Source: Styela clava
Taxonomy: Eukaryota
Length of the DNA: 64,000 nt
NCBI RefSeq assembly: GCF_964204865.1
Contig: NC_135260.1
Span: forward strand, 20,460,001-20,524,000
Direction: 5' to 3'
Shown here: positions 56,436-64,000 of the stretch, one piece after another
How the letters are laid out: every line of letters starts with the position of its first letter
Numbering within the stretch: position 1 is the stretch's first letter
Made by a program: the position numbers and the translations under genes
Notes under the pieces: generated by a model
Seen by the model: the letters and a program-made list of their open reading frames with translations, nothing else
Databases searched by the model: none
What the model was told of the DNA's origin: nothing

Positions 56436-58755
56436 CTAAAATAATAGAAGCCAGTGTGAATACAAGCCAAACATATCAAATTTGCAATAAAGGAGACCCC
56501 AACTCAACTCAAATTTTTGCATCTGATTTTAGATTATTACCAACAAATTATTGCTTCAGTTTCGAATTCGTCCAAAACAATTTTTGAATTATAAAATTAA
56601 ATAAAAAATTTAATTATTCATAACGCAACAACTGATTGTTGAATATATTCACACTGACTTCCTAATATTTTAAGTGAATTATGATGACGCTAAGACGAGC
56701 CAGCTTACCTGATAAATGACTGAGTAGGTAAAAAAATAAGCAGTTTGTACTATTGTCATAATAATTGTTGGAAAATGTAACTACGGTAGCAGCAAGCTTA
56801 AAGCCTACACAACCCATCGAGTTGTGTTTGATATACCATCTCAATCTTAAAACCGAATTGCTCATCACATCAAGAAGAATGGTATCAAATTCACATATTT
56901 CTTTAATGTTATCAAACAAGATAATGCACTAATGTACTATTCAATCTTTGTTTTCAAAATGTTTTTGTTAGCGAAACTTTAATTTGTTGTTTTCACTATT
57001 TTCGATTGTTTTTTAAAAAACACTTTAGGCTACAATAATTAGCGTAAGTATTTGCCTATATCTAATTGATTGTTATTAACATTCTTTTAACTCAGCCAAG
57101 AAAGAGATCAGTGTTTTCAAAAATAGGAAAATCAAAAACATGTTCAAGACAAACGAAACGAGCATGTTGCATTGATTTTTCAAAAGAAATTTGAATAAAG
57201 TCAAATTCAATTCTAATTCATGATGTACATTCCAGTCACGTAACTGATTAGGGATAAAAATACAGTTGAGCAATCCTGACTTAAGATGGCATTCACATAA
57301 ACACTGCAGTAAACTAGGTTGCTATAAAATTAAAAATCCAGCACATGTTGTGTGATTGCAGTTTTGCAATACATACGTTCTTGATCTTTTTTGACAATAT
57401 GAGTTGCATAAGTCTTTGCTCTTTCTATCAGAATGTGCTTGTTTCCATATTTCGGTAACCCTTTACTGTCCAGATATTGCCTCAACTCAATAACCTTAAA
57501 AGTGTACACAAATTAGTTTAAAATGGAATAATACAAGAAGGTACCGGTAAGTATAAAGAAATAAAGTTAAATTCAAATCCAATGATACTGGCTAAAATCG
57601 TTTTTATAAAATATTACAAAGAGACATAATTTTGAATTGAAATTTTGTGATAAATTTACAATAGGCTTTGTCTAATTGAATGGTTTGAAAGCCAATTGGC
57701 TCAGAAGGCATTTAGTGAAAATCTAACTAATTTGCAAATGTAAGCATCAAAAGACTACCAGACAGAGAAAAAGTGGATTTGAGACTTGTTGGTTGTGGTA
57801 AGCTAATGAGTGAAAATACCAACTCAAAAGGTATTTTAAACATTTCTCAAGTACAAAACATCTGATTTTCAAAAAAGTAAAGATAATACCCTAGGCTGAA
57901 GCAGCTTAGATATCTCACTAATAATATCCCATGGGATTCCAAACAAACTAATTATCGGTAGTGGCACTTAGGGATTTCCTAACGTTTTACACGATGCAGT
58001 AACTGTTCCCACATTCAAAACTTGTTGAATAAGTTGCAATCAGATTATCAATTCCTACCTTCATTTCTTCAAAATTCATTTTCTTTGTTGCTGTTAGTCT
58101 TTGATAACAAGAAAACTTTGGAAATCCAAATTTTGAACATTTGTCACATGAATATAGAAATGAAGCAGATTTTTTTATAAATGTTGAAGATATGTGCCTA
58201 CATATAATTAGCATAACATAAAATATTCTGATATAAAATAAAACTGTCAATTAGTGAAAGATACAAATATATATAATAATGAAAACCAAACAAAATAGCA
58301 TTACAGAAATATCATGCTTTCGTGTAACTAAGTTGATATGATATATTTAAATACAGAAATTGAATTATGTTTCATAAAACATATTCTTTAATGAAATTTG
58401 TGGGTAATAAATACATAGTTAATTACATGAAAAACTGGAGGTCTTGGAAATTTATAAAAATCGCTATAGATTGTCTGTACTTTTCTTTTACTCTTTTCTT
58501 TAACTATCAAAATCCTAAATTGTGAGAAAATCTCAAAGTATATGAAAGAATTTGCTCAAACATGCGAGGTAATATAGTTGGCACCAGGTAAGATTGCACC
58601 TATAGTTATCATTAGTGTAATCAGGATATGTGTGGCCCGAAGCAAAAATCAGTGGTTAAAAAAAAATAGAAGCCTGAATGTTTTACATAACATGAAAAGA
58701 AAAAGGTAATTATATAATCATGATGATGTGCAGTTTTATTTGCTGCCATCTAAAT

Positions 58756-59266
58756 CAGTGTTTCTCAACCCTACACCGCAGACTCATAGGCGACTACGAA
58801 GTACCCTGATGAGTCTGCATACATATCGACTACATGAGCATTTTTATGCAGAGAAACGATATTACAACCTAAAGCAATTATATTTCTAAAAAATTAACCA
58901 TTTTATTTATGCAAAACCTCGATCTGTTTCGTGACAACATACTTTTCGTAGTTTAAAATTATTTTCCCCACATGAATGGCAAGACGAAAGCAAGCATTCA
59001 CATATTACGTACACAAGTAATTGGCGCTTGGGTTTACTCTACAACCTGAAGAGGACATTAGATGAACTTTGACTTCCATGGACCCCAGTTTTGACGAATT
59101 GGTGGAAGAATTTCATGTTATCAAGCATTATTAATGGTATTTTTAGTTGTCCTAATAAATAAACAATCTAGGTGAATCATGTTTATTTAATTTTCGTATC
59201 TTGATTCCACCACCATTCATTTTGCTTCAAAAATGGTCTGCGGTAAAAAATGGATGAGAAACACTG
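58756..59266. mobile_element. Non-autonomous hAT (Charlie-like) element
   Basis: TIR CAGTGTTTCTCA / TGAGAAACACTG; subterminal ACCGCAGAC / GTCTGCGGT; degenerate TSD ATCTAAAT / AATTAAAC. Confidence 0.65.
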
Positions 59267-59344
59267 AATTAAACACTACAGTTCAATATTATTGAAGTGC
59301 TAGTGCAAACTAGATATAAAAATTATATTAAGCAGGGTTATAAA

Positions 59345-59702
59345 CAGTGGTGAGATTCAGCCGGTTCGCACCGGTTCTATAGAACCGTATCGAAGAATTT
59401 TAGAAGATAAGCGAACCGGTTATCATTACTGGTTACTGTCAATGGATTTTTGCCTCTTATCTGACACACCAATTTTCGAGATCACATGTTTTTTACAAAA
59501 TGTGAAATGATGAAGTTCGCACGTAACAGTTATACATTGTGTTAGTTTTTTATAATTGTAGTGTTATTTTGAAATTAATTAGGATGTAATTAAAAATAAT
59601 CAGTTTACTTGCTAAAAAGATATGACTCCTTGTAACAAAACCGCCAAAAAATATGACTTTTGTGATGGAACCGGCTGACAAAAAATTTGAATCCCACCAC
59701 TG
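59345..59702. mobile_element. Non-autonomous hAT-type element
   Basis: TIR CAGTGGTGAGATTCA / TGAATCCCACCACTG; TSD GTTATAAA / CTTATAAA (7/8); GAACCG subterminal repeats. Confidence 0.8.
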
Positions 59703-60968
59703 CTTATAAACCTCTTCAAATTTGCCGCAGTACAGTAGGAAGTTATAGAAAAATCTTTTTCAGAAAACTCTCAGAAAAAAAATTATCAATATTCGTTAAA
59801 CTATTATTTTACGAACTCAAATATATCACAGATTCAAATAATCAAAATTATTATCCAATTTGTTTAATTAGCCTATTGCAACACAATCATACTTACGTCC
59901 AATTTAAAAAATTCTGACCAAATCATGATTTTACTGCAAAATAAATTAATGTAGATCCCAAAATTTATAATCAATCAAGAGAAGAGTGCTATATTACTAA
60001 ACTACGGTACATCTTTTACAGGGTCGTAATTATATACTAAGATATATAAATACTAATCTATCTAAAATAGGAGTACAATTCCACACATCATGCAATTATA
60101 AATAATAAAAATAGAAGCATGCAAACTCAATGTTAGCATCATAAAAATACATTAGAGGTAAAATATCTTTATAAGTAGTTCTTCATTGTATAAAAATATA
60201 TTGCCAATGAAGTGTACACAATTAAACATAACAGATTTGCGGTTGTTGCGTGAGGCATCTACTTATTCCTTGTCTATGCTCTAATAAAATGAAAAATTTT
60301 AGCAGAACAACTTCAAACTAAATTATCCAACAGAGTCGAACTCATATCAAGAGTTTGTTAAATACAGCTAAGTAAAAAAAACTTACATAAATTTATTTGT
60401 CACAATAATGTGAATATGTGATTGTGAAACTAATAAATGTATAAAATGTAAAATTACTAAGCAACCTAGAATGAAGTGAATAAAAAATTAGTTGGTGGGT
60501 ATAATTGTAGCATTCAATAATATTATAATTACAAGTACTATAATCAAAAAATGGTAGCATGTAATCGAAAATTACTACTGAAGAAAGATTTACGATTTAC
60601 TTTTTTGCACGAACGTCTGATGAATAGCCTACCACGAATGATGATTTTTGATAGCATGACAACATTGTTAAACACAATATATTAATTTTTGGCATGACTA
60701 AGACATAACTGACTATTTGTAAATCACATGCTGCTTGTATAGTTCGAAGGTATGTCATACAGTGTCAATGTGCAATGATTCATTATTATCCTAATCTCTG
60801 TTCAGTTCCCACCAACATTTTATGTAAACAGGAATGAGCACACTCTATCTAACTTTAAAAGGTGCATTGTTGTATTTCGATCAATTGTGGGCTGTGCAAA
60901 TGTCTATGAATACAACACTGCATTCATGAATTATCCTCTTTAACTTAATGACTTAACTTCAAAATTCT

Positions 60969-63760
60969 TTAAAAATTAACTGATTTTAAACATTTATAGA
61001 CACCTACACCTGTTATTGCAACAAGTAATGTCAATGACAGAAAAATTTCTGTTTTTACTCGTTGAAAAGTTGGACTGGTTCCAGAAGAGACGATTTTTTC
61101 AGCGATTTTTCCTTCTTTATTTTCATGAGGAAATGGTATATCAGGAACTTCTATTCCAAGAAATCGACATAAAGGTTCCCAACCTTCCTTTACACTGTAG
61201 ATAAGAAGTTTATCTTTGGAAGCATTCTGAAATTAAAAAGAGAAGAAATGCATAAGGTGACTGGAATCGATCCGCAGAAAATCAGCATCTTGGCCCAGAT
61301 TTTCAACAAAACAACTGATTGGTTCACCAAATGCCAGGAAAATAATCAAGATAACAAACATGTATAATCACAGTTGAAGAATTAAACAAAATACTTGGTC
61401 CCAATGCTCTCTTGAAGGCTTAACATTACATAGCAAGGCCAGATAGATAACTCTATATAAGTTTTCGTCAAATCACTTTACTATCATTTCAATATTGATT
61501 CTGACTTCTTGAGTCTAATGTACAATTCTTTACTTTAGTTTTGATATTAAATGTACTCACACGTATTACACCACAATTGTGTTTCCGAAAAGCAAGTTTC
61601 TCAAGTAATGGTCTGGAAACAACTTTTGTCCAGGGAAATATACCCTCACCACCAAAGCAATTAATACCTAAAAAAAACTATAATTTAGTATATTAACATG
61701 ATAAATAATCATGGGTCATCTTTCACGAGACTTATTTGCATCATTCTGCAGTTACTGCTATTCTCAAGAATTAAGAAAATTCGTCAAACTCTAAGCTACA
61801 TAAAAATTATCATATTCGACTACGACTCCTAATTATACTTGGCTTAAGGTTCAGAAGAAACAAATAAAGTTTCTGTTTTCAGCTTCTGACTGGAATCTAA
61901 GCTAATTTTGACTGTGAAAACATTTCAGCAATTGAAAGCTTTTTTCAGTTTCAGTTGAAAAGTTGGTTTAGGTTGAAAATTGTAAGAACGACTCTCCACT
62001 TGTGATAAATTGTGAACAATAATAAATTGAGCTATAACCAATAATATACATACCGTACATTACATATACAGCAATACATTGCGTTTATCACAAATTGGCA
62101 ATGCTATATGTACATACGCGACATATCGTCACAATACCCTAGACTAGAATCATTTGAAAAAAATTGCTGCCAAAATTACACGAAAATCAAGTTTAAATAA
62201 GTTCTCAATGTGGAAACAGCATTGAGGAGTCAACTCACCCATCTGATTCTGAAAATGCAAATGAAGTAGACTTGTAGGTGAAAGTAAATTTATCCATGTG
62301 TAGACAAATCCTTTCAAAGCCAACATTTGTTTGTGCAAACTAGTACACCATTCTTCCTCATCTCGCAACATCAGAATGATCTTTAACAAAACCAAATAAT
62401 ATAAGTAATGATATAAAAGAATTTGGGTCTTGTGTAGTTTCATACCTCAAGTACTTCAAGTGGGCGTAGAATAACGATTTTAGCACATGTCAATCCTAAC
62501 CCCCACCTGACTGTGCCATCCAAAATGTAAGTCACCACGACGTCACAATCACGCCGTAGAGCTTGCCAAAGTATACCTACGCCGCCAAAAATGGCATCTG
62601 TGCCGACGATGAAGAACTTACTAATGGCAGCGATCTCTCTCATATCGGGATCGTTGCAACGAGAAAAATAGCTTGCTCGATTTCGGTTGATCGTCTGCGC
62701 ATCTTGGATGACAGTTCGTATAGCTTGAAGGGCCTCATTTCGTCACTGTGACGTTGTAGTGGATGATGCAGTCAGGTGGGGGTTAGGATTGACATATGAA
62801 AAAATTGTTATGCTACGCTCACTAGAAGTACTTGAGGTACGAAACTATACTAGGCCCAAGAATTCATCAATGAAATTAATAAGCATATTGCTATGAAAAA
62901 TATTTACATTTGGTGTATTTTGCTTAGGGATGTGAGTATCACTACTTGGGTAGGGTTTGTGGGTTATGACCCTGGTGGGATTCAGGGTTAGTTGTGATAA
63001 TCAGTGAACCAGTTTTTAAGGCTATAAGTTTAACATGGTTTTCTAAAAAAAAAAAAAGAAAACCTATTGGCATTATGTTCAATATATAATTTGTTCTTGA
63101 AATTTTGAATCCACTGGGGAATGAGAATGACAATGCATGACATGACTGCTGGACTCTTGCCATTGCATAGTGGTTCACTCAAAGACCCTGGAGAGATATG
63201 GAAGAGGCTAAATAGTCAGTCAGTCGCTCTAATTGAGTGTACATTTGGATGGTAGAGGTTATATAACTTCTGGACAATTACAACTTCCTCTACCATCCAA
63301 ATGTCCACACAATTAGAGCAACTGACTGACTATTCAGCCTCTTCTATATCTTTCCAGGGTCATTGAGGGAAGCAAATAACTAATATAAAGTGTTTTCAAT
63401 TTTTTTGTCAGTTTCTATTTTTTATAATCATGAATTTTGAACTCATGGCAAGGGAAAAAATATTAAATAAAGAAGCATATATTTGCCAAATCCATAAAAA
63501 CATCACACCTTTGCATCAGGAAATGCCTGAGCAATATCTTCCCAGAAATAACAACTAGGTAAATCACTGACAACATCAACATCTTTGTACATTTCATGGA
63601 AATCTTCTGATGTAGCGCCAGTTTGAAAAATTTTGATCCATTTTCTCCCATGATAATGAAAATGTTCTTCATAATCATAAACAGTATATCCTACACTTCT
63701 AAACGCTGAAGTCAAAGTTTTAGTTCCCGTTTTTGGGTATCCTGCAAGAATAACTTTCAT
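60969..63760 (-). CDS. P-loop sulfotransferase-like protein (Sulfotransfer_4-type), 252 aa, with a C-terminal TM anchor
   Basis: Exons 63760-63509, 62380-62239, 61667-61561, 61226-60969 (759 nt, in frame). Motifs: MKVILAGYPKTGTKTL, DVVSDLP..FWE...AFPDAKIILMLRD..W, DKLLIYSVKEGWEPLCRFLGIEVPDIPFPHEN; hydrophobic tail IFLSLTLLVAITGVGVY. Confidence 0.88.
62423..62859. mobile_element. MITE / foldback element with ~100-bp imperfect terminal inverted repeats
   Basis: TACCTCAAGTACTTC...TGTCAATCCTAACCCCCACCTGACTG versus CAGTCAGGTGGGGGTTAGGATTGACA...GAAGTACTTGAGGTA. Confidence 0.82.
63178..63367. repeat. Long inverted repeat (81-bp arms, 28-nt spacer)
   Basis: 63178-63258 versus 63287-63367, about 7 mismatches. 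Confidence 0.9.
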
Positions 63761-64000
63761 TTTGCATTGAAGATAATGTTGATCTCCTTAGATGACTTTT
63801 CCAATGACTGAGACATATGAGTTACAATCCATATTATAATTCAGACTGAAAATTGCAAGGAAAATGTACAACAGATGACAAATACAAAATGATCGCCGAC
63901 ATAAACAGGACGTTGGAAATTGGAGGCATAATTTGAAAAAACTGTCAATTAATATTATAAAATACAAAGCACGTAAAAAATTGAAAATCAGTGAATGAAT

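Noticed and set aside
56662-56919. Minus-strand ORF as the ADAR first coding exon
   Set aside because: Frame-compatible at the 56709 donor, but intron-like in composition with an internal pyrimidine tract and no ADAR similarity; left unresolved.
60969-61226. Last sulfotransferase exon as an upstream ADAR exon or a frameshifted pseudo-exon
   Set aside because: It reads through intact (258 nt) with family motifs and its own stop, so it belongs to the sulfotransferase gene.

Overview
AT-rich, intron-containing animal genomic DNA. A tunicate/ascidian source is inferred from the chordate-like Slo1 sequence, compact introns and patchy CpG content, but is not proven. In order: (1) the 3' half of a BK/Slo1 (KCNMA1) Ca2+-activated K+ channel gene on +, 116-18495, with a tandem pair of mutually exclusive CxxCH exons, cassette exons in the RCK1-RCK2 linker and two alternative last exons; (2) a three-coding-exon gene on + (27632-32323) for an uncharacterised ~381-aa two-TM protein ending in a class I PDZ ligand; (3) a three-level transposon nest, 33964-44275, in which one hAT-type element contains a second, which contains an intact, very young BEL/Pao LTR retrotransposon (35090-42725), with a tRNA-derived SINE beside it; (4) an ADAR2-like adenosine deaminase gene on - (45407-56435, start exon unresolved) with the catalytic motifs intact; (5) a four-exon P-loop sulfotransferase-like gene on - (60969-63760). 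Many non-autonomous TIR elements and long hairpins sit in introns. No CRISPR, rRNA or true tRNA was seen. Exon boundaries were read by eye from GT/AG sites and frame continuity; family assignments rest on recalled motifs, and no database search was run.
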